Source: an uncultured delta proteobacterium
GTDB lineage: Bacteria; Desulfobacterota; Binatia; UBA9968
Assembly: GCA_963745035.1 (NCBI GenBank)
Contig: CAVUVW010000014.1
Span: 128,001-192,000 of the forward strand
Length of the DNA: 64,000 nucleotides
Direction: 5' to 3'
Part shown: piece by piece, positions 19,546 through 28,625 of the stretch
Position numbering within the stretch: position 1 is the stretch's first letter
Layout of the letters: every line of letters begins with the position of its first letter
Notes under the pieces: model-generated
Databases searched by the model: none
Seen by the model: the letters and a program-made list of their open reading frames with translations, nothing else
Told to the model about the DNA's origin: nothing
Program-made: the position numbers and the translations under genes

Positions 19546-21870
19546 GTGGCGTACATCGGCTCCAATGTAAAACGTAAGGAAGACGTGCGGCTCCTCCGCG
19601 GCGTCGGAAAGTACGTCGGCGACATCCATCGGGCCGGCATGGTGCACGCCGCGATCCTGCGCAGCACCCACGCGCACGCGCGTCTCGTGAAAATCGACGC
19701 GGCGGCCGCGCTGGCGCTGCCGGGCGTGATCGGTGTGCTTACCGCAGCCGACATGCCCGGGCTGAAGACGATTCCGATGCGCACCGGCGTTATTCCCGGT
19801 CTGGAGCGCTCGCAGCAGACACCGATCGCCACGACCAAAGTCCGTTACGTCGGCGACCCGATCGTGGTGGTCGTCGCGGTAAATCGATACATCGCCGAAG
19901 ATGCTCTGGAGCTTATCGAAGTCGACTACGAGCGGCTCGGCGCGGTGACCGACGCGCGGGCGGGCATGCAACCGGACGCACCCCGGCTTCACGACGCGAC
20001 GCCGAACAACATCGCCGCCAACTTTCAGGTCAACGTCGGCGACGTCGACCGCGCCTTTCGCGATGCGGATCTCATTGTCGAAGAGCAATTCTCGACCCAA
20101 CGCCATTCCGCCGTGCCCCTCGAGAACCGCGGTCTGGTCGCGGAGTGGGATGAAGGCCGCGGCCTGTTGACGGTATGGGGACCGACGAAGATGACCCATA
20201 CCAACTGGCGCATTCTCTCCGAACTGATCGGTCTGCCGCAGAGCTCGATCCATTTTATCGAGCCGGAAGTCGGCGGCGGCTTCGGCGCGCGCGGCGAGTT
20301 CTATCCGGAGGATTTTCTGATTCCGTTCGCGGCGAGACATTTCCGCAAGCCGGTCTGCTGGATCGAAGACCGCTCGGAAAATCTCAAAGCGATGAACCAA
20401 TCACGCCAGCAGAACCATCGAGTCAAAATCGGTGTGACGAAAGACGGCACCATCGTAGCGATGGACGCCGAGATTCTCTTCGACATGGGCGGCTACACGC
20501 GCACCCACGGCGGCGTCCCTGCCATCGCCGCTTCCGCCATGCTGCGCGGACCCTTTCGAGTCAAGAACTATCGCTGCAACGTTTTCTGCGTCCTCACCAA
20601 CAAAACACCGGTCGGCACCTACCGAAGCCCGGGCCGCTACGAAGCCAATTTCGTGCGCGAGCGACTGCTCGACATCGTCGCCCATCGCCTCGGACTCGAT
20701 CCCGCCGACGTGCGCCGGCGCAACCTGATCCGTCACGAGGAAATGCCCTACGACCTGGGCAAGCATCCGTTTCACTACATGGTTTACGATACCGGCGACT
20801 TGCCGGGTCAGTTCGAGCGCGCTCTCGAACGGTTCGGGTATGAAAGGCTCAAAGCGACCCGCGCGGCGGCCAAGCTCGAAGGTCGCGCCGTCGGCATCGG
20901 CATCGGCTGCTTCGTCGAAACCAGCGGCATCGGTCCATGGGAATACGCCCGGGTGGAAGTCGACAATACCGGCCAGGTGATTCTCTACTCGGGCTGCAAC
21001 TCGGTGGGCCAGGGCATCGCGACCGCGCTGAGCCAGATCGTCGCCGATGAACTACAAGTGGCCATCGAAAACGTCCAGGTGGTGCACGGCGACACGGCGA
21101 AAGTTCCCTACGGCAACGGCAGCAACGCCAGCCGCTCGACCGTGATGGCCGGCAGCGCCGCGCTCGGCGCCTCGCGCAAAGTCAAAGACAAACTTTTCCG
21201 GCTAGCGTCGATGAATCTGGAAATCGACGCCGCGGATCTCATCCTGCGCGATGGCCGCGTGGTCGCGCGCGGCGCGCCCGAGCGGTCGCTGAGCTTCGCC
21301 GAGCTGGCGCGTCTGGCGCTGCCCGGCCCGGCGCTCAAGAACGGCATTACTCCCGGTATCGCCGAGGAAGATTTTTTCGCCACCGACAAGCGCCCGTTTC
21401 CCTACGGCGTGCACGTCGCCGCCGTGGAAGTCGACAAAGAGACCGGCAAAGTTAAAATTCTCGATTATCTCGTCACCGAAGACGTCGGACGAAAAATCAA
21501 TCCGATGATCATCGAAGGCCAAATGGCCGGCGGCTTGGCGCAGGGAATCGGGGGGGCGTTCTTGGAAGAGTTCGTTTACGACGAGGACGGCCAGCCGCTC
21601 GCGACGAACTTCATGGATTATTTGCTGCCGACGGCGATGGAAATGCCGAAAGCGCAGTTTATCTCGACCGAAGATTTTCCCAGCCCGCACAACCCCCTCG
21701 GCGTCAAGGGAGCGGGCGAAGGCGGCATCACCGCGGCGGGCGCGGCTTTGGCCAACGCGGTGTCCGACGCGTTGGGAGTCGAGGTGAAAAAATTGCCGCT
21801 CAGGCCCGATTACATTCTCCAGCTCGTCGGTGAGTCCGCGTCGCGCGATCAGCGGATCAATCGAGAGTGA
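19546..21870 (+). CDS. xanthine dehydrogenase family molybdopterin-binding large subunit (CoxL-like, not form I CODH)
   Basis: VGGGFG, active-site loop TYRSPGR, GQGIAT, GVKGAGEGG. Confidence 0.92.
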   Translation: MAYIGSNVKRKEDVRLLRGVGKYVGDIHRAGMVHAAILRSTHAHARLVKIDAAAALALPGVIGVLTAADMPGLKTIPMRTGVIPGLERSQQTPIATTKVRYVGDPIVVVVAVNRYIAEDALELIEVDYERLGAVTDARAGMQPDAPRLHDATPNNIAANFQVNVGDVDRAFRDADLIVEEQFSTQRHSAVPLENRGLVAEWDEGRGLLTVWGPTKMTHTNWRILSELIGLPQSSIHFIEPEVGGGFGARGEFYPEDFLIPFAARHFRKPVCWIEDRSENLKAMNQSRQQNHRVKIGVTKDGTIVAMDAEILFDMGGYTRTHGGVPAIAASAMLRGPFRVKNYRCNVFCVLTNKTPVGTYRSPGRYEANFVRERLLDIVAHRLGLDPADVRRRNLIRHEEMPYDLGKHPFHYMVYDTGDLPGQFERALERFGYERLKATRAAAKLEGRAVGIGIGCFVETSGIGPWEYARVEVDNTGQVILYSGCNSVGQGIATALSQIVADELQVAIENVQVVHGDTAKVPYGNGSNASRSTVMAGSAALGASRKVKDKLFRLASMNLEIDAADLILRDGRVVARGAPERSLSFAELARLALPGPALKNGITPGIAEEDFFATDKRPFPYGVHVAAVEVDKETGKVKILDYLVTEDVGRKINPMIIEGQMAGGLAQGIGGAFLEEFVYDEDGQPLATNFMDYLLPTAMEMPKAQFISTEDFPSPHNPLGVKGAGEGGITAAGAALANAVSDALGVEVKKLPLRPDYILQLVGESASRDQRINRE

Positions 21871-21876
21871 CCGGCA

Positions 21877-22842
21877 ATGGCGACTCAGAAAATCATCGAT
21901 GCCCACTCGCACGTCTATCCAGAAGGCTGTTTGACGGAGATCGTCAAAAGCCGCGCTGATTTTAAAGTCGTCGACAGTCCGCGCGGCCAGTCGCTGATCT
22001 ATCGCGGGAGCCACGTGATGTCCGTGCCGACGGATCAGGACAATCTGTCGAAGCGGTTGGCATCGATGGACGAAGCCGGCATCGATACAGCAATCCTCTC
22101 GGTGGGGGCGCTGAACGTCGGTTGGGCGGGGTCCAGTGACGCCAATGCGGCGCGCCTTGTCAACGAGGGACTCGCCGCAGTCTGCCGCCAATACGCCAGC
22201 CGTTTTCGCTTCGTCGCGGCGCTGCCATGCGCGAAACAGAGCGAAATGATCGCTGAATTGGACTACGCTCTGAAACTCGGCGCGGCGGGCGTCGGGATCG
22301 CGACCAACATCGGCGATCTCCCACTGCACGCGCCCGAGCTGCAAAGCTTCTGGTACGAAATGAGTCGCCGCAAACTCATGGTGCTGGTCCACCCGACCTG
22401 CCCGTGCGACGGGCCCCGCGACGATCCGGGGACTTTTCTTTCGGTGGGATATCCGGGTGAAACCGCGATGGCGGGCACCAAGCTCGCGCTGTCCGGAACT
22501 CTCGAAACATATCCCGACGTAAAGATCGTCTGGTCGCATCTCGGCGGCGGTTTGGCGATGATTCTGGACAGAATCGATCGCGGCTACCAACGCTTTTCAA
22601 ACTGCCCGCACCCGCCTAGTCACTATCTCCGCCACTGCTACTTCGACACCGCCTGCGTCCACGGCCCGGCTCTGGAGTGCGCTCGCGCCACCTGGGGCGT
22701 CAACACTCTGGTCTTCGGCACCGACGCGCCGCACGTACCGAACGCGGAAAAAGAAACCATCGCCGCCCTGAGAGCCCGTTCGTGGTCAGACACGGAGCTC
22801 GACGGCATCTTCAGCCGCACTGTCGAGCGCCTGCTTGTTTAA
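21877..22842 (+). CDS. amidohydrolase_2 family protein (ACMSD-like)
   Basis: IDAHSH, LVHP, SHLGG, YFDT, FGTDAP. Confidence 0.88.
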   Translation: MATQKIIDAHSHVYPEGCLTEIVKSRADFKVVDSPRGQSLIYRGSHVMSVPTDQDNLSKRLASMDEAGIDTAILSVGALNVGWAGSSDANAARLVNEGLAAVCRQYASRFRFVAALPCAKQSEMIAELDYALKLGAAGVGIATNIGDLPLHAPELQSFWYEMSRRKLMVLVHPTCPCDGPRDDPGTFLSVGYPGETAMAGTKLALSGTLETYPDVKIVWSHLGGGLAMILDRIDRGYQRFSNCPHPPSHYLRHCYFDTACVHGPALECARATWGVNTLVFGTDAPHVPNAEKETIAALRARSWSDTELDGIFSRTVERLLV

Positions 22843-22908
22843 ACACAACTAAAAATTTTCGTCGTAAGAACGATACGAAACATTTGCGACGAATCGGTGC
22901 AGGAAAAT

Positions 22909-22983
<75 letters not shown>

Positions 22984-23175
22984 TCAGTGAAGCTGCGAGT
23001 AAAATGTATGGAATCGCCGGCGGGTTGTCAACGTCAATCGAGCGAACGGCATCGGCGTTCGCTCGACCGCGCTCGCGTCGCACGCGGCTTACGATCGTGC
23101 GAAGCAGCAATTTCTATCTCGCAAAGCTTACCGCGGCGCTTGCGTGAGATCGCAAAGCTGGCATATCTTGCGTGC

Positions 23176-24120
23176 ATGAAATATCGAACTCTCGGCAAAA
23201 CCGGCTTGCGCGTCGGCGCCGTCGGCCTCGGCACCATGGTTCACGCGGGCCACTTCGGCGCGATGAAAGATTCCGAGTCGCTGGGCGCCATCGACGCCGC
23301 GCTGGAACTCGGCGTCAACTTCATCGACACCTCGGACGCTTACGGCGCCGGCTACTCCGAAACTCTGCTGGGCAATGCGCTGAAAGGCAGGCGGGATAAA
23401 GTGATCCTCGCCACCAAAGGCGGCAACGTCATGGTCGGCCCCAACCGCGGCAAGCGCATCTTCGATCCGGAGTACATCAGCAAAGTCATGGACGAAAGCC
23501 TCCAGCGGCTTCAAACCGACTACATCGATCTTTATCAATTGCACAATCCGACCGTCGAAGTGATCGAGCACGGCGAAGTCTGGCAAGTGCTCGAACGCGC
23601 CAAGCAGGCCGGCAAGATCCGCCACTACGGAGTTTCGATCAACACGATGGAAGAAGGCGGCGCCGCGGTCAAAGACGGTCGCGCAGAGACGATCCAGGTT
23701 GAATACAACCTGCTGGCCCAGGAGCCGGCCGAGACGTTTTTTCCCGCCGCGCAGCAAGCGAGCGTCGGCATCATCGCGCGGGTGCCGCTCAAGCGCGGCA
23801 TCTTGACGGGGAAATTGACTCAAGCCGACGAGCAGCGCTTTCAGGGCGAAGACGTGCGCGCGCGCAGCTTCAAGGGCGAAGCCTTCGCCAAGGAGCTCGC
23901 CAAAGCAGACCAGTTGAAATTCCTGGTTCACGGTCCGGTAAAAAATTTGACGCAGGCGGCCATCGCCTTTTGTATCGCCCATCCCGCGGTGAGCGTCGTC
24001 ATCCCGGGCGCGCGCAACGCCGAGCAGATGCGCGAAAACGCCAGCGGCGGCGCGGTCGATATCCTTCCCGAAGATTTGACGAGAGTCGCCGAGCTCTGGC
24101 GCCGCGGCTTTGCCGCCTGA
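23176..24120 (+). CDS. aldo/keto reductase
   Basis: MKYRTLGKTG, GVNFIDTSDAYG, LATKGG, LQTDYIDLYQLH. Confidence 0.93.
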   Translation: MKYRTLGKTGLRVGAVGLGTMVHAGHFGAMKDSESLGAIDAALELGVNFIDTSDAYGAGYSETLLGNALKGRRDKVILATKGGNVMVGPNRGKRIFDPEYISKVMDESLQRLQTDYIDLYQLHNPTVEVIEHGEVWQVLERAKQAGKIRHYGVSINTMEEGGAAVKDGRAETIQVEYNLLAQEPAETFFPAAQQASVGIIARVPLKRGILTGKLTQADEQRFQGEDVRARSFKGEAFAKELAKADQLKFLVHGPVKNLTQAAIAFCIAHPAVSVVIPGARNAEQMRENASGGAVDILPEDLTRVAELWRRGFAA

Positions 24121-24147
24121 TTTCACATCCTTCGCACTTCGAGTCCC

Positions 24148-24963
24148 ATGGAGAAAATCATCTCCCACTGGCCGGGTCACAAAAAACTCACGGTCATGGT
24201 CACGGTGATGTTCGAGATCTGGTCGGAGGGGAAGGCACCGCCCTATTCGCCGATGACAACCTCACTCAAATCCGGCACGCCGGATCTATTGGGAATTTCC
24301 TGGTCGCAATACGGCGGCAAAACCGGCATCTGGCGCTTCCTGCGCATTTTCGAGGAGACCGAGGTCAAAGCAACGGTCTGCCTCAACGCCAAAGCTGCCG
24401 AAGTCTTTCCCGAAGCGGTAGCGGAACTGCACAAGCGCGGCCATGAGATCGCCGGCCATTCCTACACGCAAGACCTCGTGCTGCCGTATCTCTCCGCCGC
24501 GGAAGAAAAAGAAGTCATCCAAAAATGCAAGCGCATCATCGAGAGTGCCGTCGGCATCGCTCCGGTGGGCTGGTTCAGCCCGGTGGCGGCGCCGAGCGCG
24601 CATACCGCCGAGCTGCTCGCTCAAGAGGGCTTCCTTTGGCATGGCGACTATAACGACACCGACCTGCCGTACGCGCGCGCAACGGCGCACGGCAAGCTTG
24701 TCGCCATCGCGCACAGCGATTTTACCGACAACCGCACCCTGCGCTCGAGCCCGCGCGATTTTTACAACGTCTACAAAGACACCTTCGATTACCTCTACAA
24801 ACACGAATCGCCGTCGCTGATCAATTTGACCGTGCACACCCACTTCGGCGGCCGGCCGATGATGTCGGCGATGCTCTATGATCTGCTGCGCTACATGAAG
24901 GGATTCCCCGACGTGTGGTTTGCGCGTCATGACGAAGTAGCGCGCTGGACGCTGGAACAGTGA
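24148..24963 (+). CDS. polysaccharide deacetylase family (PuuE-like) protein
   Basis: QYGGKTGIWR, GHEIAGHSY, VHTHFGGRP, VWFARHDE. Confidence 0.85.
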   Translation: MEKIISHWPGHKKLTVMVTVMFEIWSEGKAPPYSPMTTSLKSGTPDLLGISWSQYGGKTGIWRFLRIFEETEVKATVCLNAKAAEVFPEAVAELHKRGHEIAGHSYTQDLVLPYLSAAEEKEVIQKCKRIIESAVGIAPVGWFSPVAAPSAHTAELLAQEGFLWHGDYNDTDLPYARATAHGKLVAIAHSDFTDNRTLRSSPRDFYNVYKDTFDYLYKHESPSLINLTVHTHFGGRPMMSAMLYDLLRYMKGFPDVWFARHDEVARWTLEQ

Positions 24964-25021
24964 TCGTAGGGTTCCGACGATCGCGTTTGGCCTTACCCGA
25001 AACACGAAACTCGAAATCGCC

Positions 25022-25513
25022 TCAGAATTCGCCCCGATAAAAACCGCGCTGTCCGCGCGCCTCTTCAACGCCGATCTCCATGAAACGGATCTTGCTGCGG
25101 GGAAATCGGCGGCGGACCTGGCGGCGGATTTGTCCCGCGATATGCTCCGCCAGGAGCTCGGTGCTCGTGTTGGCCAGGGGGAGTAAAATAACATCGTGCC
25201 GCGGCAAGATGATTTTTTGTCTTTTGTAGCGGAGCTCCACTTCTTGGGCGCGCTCCCGGACTTTAATCAAGGGACTCTGCGTTTGGATTAGGGTGCGATG
25301 ATCCAGACTGTCGCAGATGCGTTTGATGAGCGGCTTGAAGGTAATGAAGTCAAGCACCACGCCGGCATGATCAAGCTCTCCTTCCATGCGCACGGAGACT
25401 TGGTAGTTATGGCCGTGCAAAGACTCGCGGTTGCCGTCGGCAAAAATCAAGAAATGCGCCGAGGCGAAATTGAAATAATCTTTGGCGACTTCGATGCTAA
25501 ATGAACGAGACAT
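25022..25513 (-). CDS. 6-pyruvoyltetrahydropterin synthase family (COG0720), PTPS-III type
   Basis: FASAHF, RESLHGHNY (ExxHGH), LDF, LDH, TSTELLA. Confidence 0.85.
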   Translation of the reverse strand: MSRSFSIEVAKDYFNFASAHFLIFADGNRESLHGHNYQVSVRMEGELDHAGVVLDFITFKPLIKRICDSLDHRTLIQTQSPLIKVRERAQEVELRYKRQKIILPRHDVILLPLANTSTELLAEHIAGQIRRQVRRRFPRSKIRFMEIGVEEARGQRGFYRGEF

Positions 25514-25760
25514 GCACGGACGTTAGCCAAAACAATCCGCCCTTTCAACCCAACCTGTATTGGCAACAAATTTTAGCTTGCGGCCATTTTTTTTCTTGAA
25601 ACTCGCTAGCGAAGGAGTTACTGAATCGATTGACGCGCCTCTCGGCAGTCAGCTTGGGAACTCGTAACGCGTTGCTAAACTAGATTGACTCCGTTTCTCT
25701 ATAGGCAAAGTCGGCTTGATCGAAGAAAAAATCCCGGGCATTGAGCAGCGGTATCACCCA

Positions 25761-26333
25761 ATGATTTCCATCGTCGTCTTGGCAACTCAGTCCTTGCGGC
25801 AGCTTGCTCCGAGTGAGACCTTCTTGCCGGATGGGGATCAGACCATGCTGCAAGGGATCTTGGAAAATGTTTTAGCTTCGGACGTTGACGAAGTGATTTG
25901 TGTCACCGACGACTTGCAGGCGGCGCTTCGCGAGATGAAGTTAGCCGACAGTCGCCTTGTCTGGCATTTTAATCCCGCCGCGTCGCGCAGCGAGAGTGCT
26001 TCGGTCATCGCGGGCTTGTGGGCAAGCCATCCGGAAAGCGATGGAATCCTGCTTATAGCCGAACTGCCGTCCTTTCGAAGACAGGTGATCGAACTATTGC
26101 GAGGGCACTTTGAAAGTAGTCGAGCATCGATTGTGGCGGTGAGATCGGCTGATCAAGCGCCTAATCCAATCCTTTTCAGGCGTGAATTATATCCGGAGTT
26201 GCTGACCCTTACCGGAAACGATAGGGGAATCAGCTTGCTCGAAAAGCATGCCGACAAAACCTTGCTGGTTGAGTTGCCGGAAGAGGAGAGCCTGAAACGC
26301 AAGAACGACCGGCCTCTTAAAGAACCGGTCTGA
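25761..26333 (+). CDS. MobA/MocA-like NTP transferase (degenerate)
   Basis: MISIVVLA start, PNPILFRRELYPELLTLTGNDRG; lacks canonical LAAG-S-R-G-K loop. Confidence 0.65.
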   Translation: MISIVVLATQSLRQLAPSETFLPDGDQTMLQGILENVLASDVDEVICVTDDLQAALREMKLADSRLVWHFNPAASRSESASVIAGLWASHPESDGILLIAELPSFRRQVIELLRGHFESSRASIVAVRSADQAPNPILFRRELYPELLTLTGNDRGISLLEKHADKTLLVELPEEESLKRKNDRPLKEPV

Positions 26334-27439
26334 TCAGCGCTCGGTGGCCATGCCGATGGCTTCAGAGATGTGGCTTAGACCGTCCTGTTTTAGCAACCGC
26401 GTCAGCCCCAGATTGATGCGCTTCACGGCGCCCGGCCCTTCGTAAATCCATCCGGTGTAGATCTGCACCGCGCTCGCGCCCGCTTTGATTTTTTCGTAAG
26501 CGTCCTCGGCGGTGAAAATACCGCCGACGCCGATGATCGGCAGCCGACCGCGCGTGCTCTTTATAAACATGTGAAACAAACGCGGTGACTTTCGCGGTAA
26601 TTGGTCGGCCGCTTAGGCCGCCCGGCTCCTGTCCCTTGGGTGATTTCAATGTTTCGCGCATGAAGGCCGTTGCGTTTGTCGCGACGATGCCGGTCAATTG
26701 AGCGCGCCTCGACGACTTCAATGATTTGATCGACTTGGGAAAATTCCATATCCGGGGCAATTTTGACGAACACCGGCTTTGGCTCGATCTTGGCGCGCCC
26801 AGCCAACTCGCGATTTTTTTCCTGCACCGCCGACAATAATTCGCGCAATAGATTTTTCTCCTGCAGATCACGCAAATTGGGCGTGTTCGGCGAGCTCACG
26901 TTCAAGGTGAAAAAATCGCCGTAGCGATAGAGCCGCTCGAAGCAAGCGAGAAAATCGGCCACCGCGTCCTTGGTCTCGACGATTTTCGTCCGGCCGATGT
27001 TCATGCCGAGGGGAATTTTCGGCAAACCGCCGCGCGCGCGCAGGGCGTCGAGCTTGGCCGCAATGGCCGTCGCGCCCTCGTTGTTGAAGCCCAACCGGTT
27101 GATCAAGGCATCGTCCTCGGGCAAACGATAAAGTCTCGGCTTCGGGTTGCCGGGCTGCGCCTGGGCGGTGATCGCGCCGATTTCCATGAAGCCGAAGCCG
27201 AAGCCGGCAAGGGTCCGGGGCGCCACCGCATTCTTGTCGAATCCACCGGCCAGCCCCACCGGATTGGCGAAGGTCAGCGGGCCGATCTTCACCTTCAAGC
27301 GCGCGTCGTCGATCCGGTAAAACCTTTCCAGCATGCCGGAAAAGCTTTCAGCTTTGGCCAAAAGCCGCAGGATCATTTCATGGCTTTCTTCCGGATCTTT
27401 GCGAAATAACAGCGGGCGAATCAGCGATTTGTAAAGCAT
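26334..27439 (-). CDS. pyrD: quinone-dependent dihydroorotate dehydrogenase (frameshifted)
   Basis: [46 protein letters not shown] across three frames. Confidence 0.93.
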
Positions 27440-27518
27440 GGATAAGAGAATCGTGTAGCGAAATCGGCGCGTGATTTCCAGACGAAAGCCCGCGCGCGAG
27501 CAGGAAAGCTGCGCGAAT

Positions 27519-27558
27519 AAAACAAAGAGGGAGGTTTGCCGACCCTCCCTCTTTGTTT
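27519..27558 (-). terminator. stem-loop (putative terminator) downstream of the NIPSNAP gene
   Basis: AAACAAAGAGGGAGG...CCTCCCTCTTTGTTT long inverted repeat. Confidence 0.6.
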
Positions 27559-27609
27559 GCCGGGCCCCTGCGGGGCCGGCGCGTGATTAAAAATCGAGGC
27601 GAATAGAGC

Positions 27610-28227
27610 TCATTTGAACGGCGCGCAGGGCGCGGGAGTCATGAGCATGTTTTCCTGCGCCACCAGAAACTCGCGCGTCGGCGGCGGCCATCCGTCCACC
27701 GTCTTGGTCGCTTCGGCGCGCAGCCGTTCGCGCTCGCCGCCGTCCTTGTAGACCCAAACGTGAACATATTGATTGAGCGGTCCGATGATGGTGTTCCCGG
27801 CGAAGACCAGCGGCGAGATTTTGGTGCGCGCCGGAATGACTTTGCCGAACCGCTCCAACACCGTGGGCATGGCGCCCGGCTGATACGTGTAGGTGCGGAA
27901 CTCGTAAACCTCGCCGAGCTTTCGTTCGGGCAGCGGCGGCGAGAACGGCGCCGGCTGGATAATCTTGTTTTCCTGCGTAATGATGAACTCCTGGGTCTTG
28001 GGCGGCCACTTGCCGGTCTTGCGCGCTTCGGCGCCGATTTTTTCCCGGTCTTCAAAACTTTCGTAGGGCCAGACATGAACCACCCGGTTGAGCCCCCCGA
28101 CTTCCGATAGCCATAGGCCCAATAGCTTGGAAAACTGCAGCCGCGCCGTCAGCCCTTCGGCAAACCGTTCGACGAAATTGTTGGTTGCGCCCGGCTTCAG
28201 CACGTAGGTTCTCATCTCAAGAATCAT
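27610..28227 (-). CDS. NIPSNAP family protein (two domains)
   Basis: ILEMRTYVLKPG, GGLNRVVHVWPY; second repeat YEFRTYTYQPG...GPLNQYVHVW. Confidence 0.92.
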   Translation of the reverse strand: MILEMRTYVLKPGATNNFVERFAEGLTARLQFSKLLGLWLSEVGGLNRVVHVWPYESFEDREKIGAEARKTGKWPPKTQEFIITQENKIIQPAPFSPPLPERKLGEVYEFRTYTYQPGAMPTVLERFGKVIPARTKISPLVFAGNTIIGPLNQYVHVWVYKDGGERERLRAEATKTVDGWPPPTREFLVAQENMLMTPAPCAPFK

Positions 28228-28571
28228 ACAGCACCCCCGCGTAATGTTTTTCTATCCTTTCCCACAAAGTCGTCAGAGAATGCAACAGCCTTCCTTCACA
28301 GCAATAGCTATCTCGGTTATCAAGCTTTCACCATAACGGCACTCCCGGCGATGCTTTGGTTCATGGCGGGACGGAGAAGTATTGGAGTCAAACCGATCGG
28401 GGTCGTCGACAAAAACGGGGAAGGCGGCAATTTGCGGCGGATGCGCCTGCTGGGTCAATTATTTCTTAGTCGGGCCGCGCGCTACATCCGATTCTATCCG
28501 ACCTGAGGGAGTGGTTAATTTTCTGTGCAGGGTTGCTTAATACGAATCGTAATTTAGTTTGGTATTTGTGC

Positions 28572-28601
28572 AAAAAACGGCCGCCCCGGAGGAGCGGCCG
28601 T
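28572..28601 (-). terminator. intrinsic terminator after the adhesin gene
   Basis: Minus strand ACGGCCGCTCC-TCC-GGGGCGGCCGTTTTTT. Confidence 0.75.
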
Positions 28602-28625
28602 GGGTTTGCGCCAAATGCGGTCAAA

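Noticed and set aside
19546-21870. Aerobic CO dehydrogenase form I
   Set aside because: Lacks the Cu-binding AYxCSFR motif.
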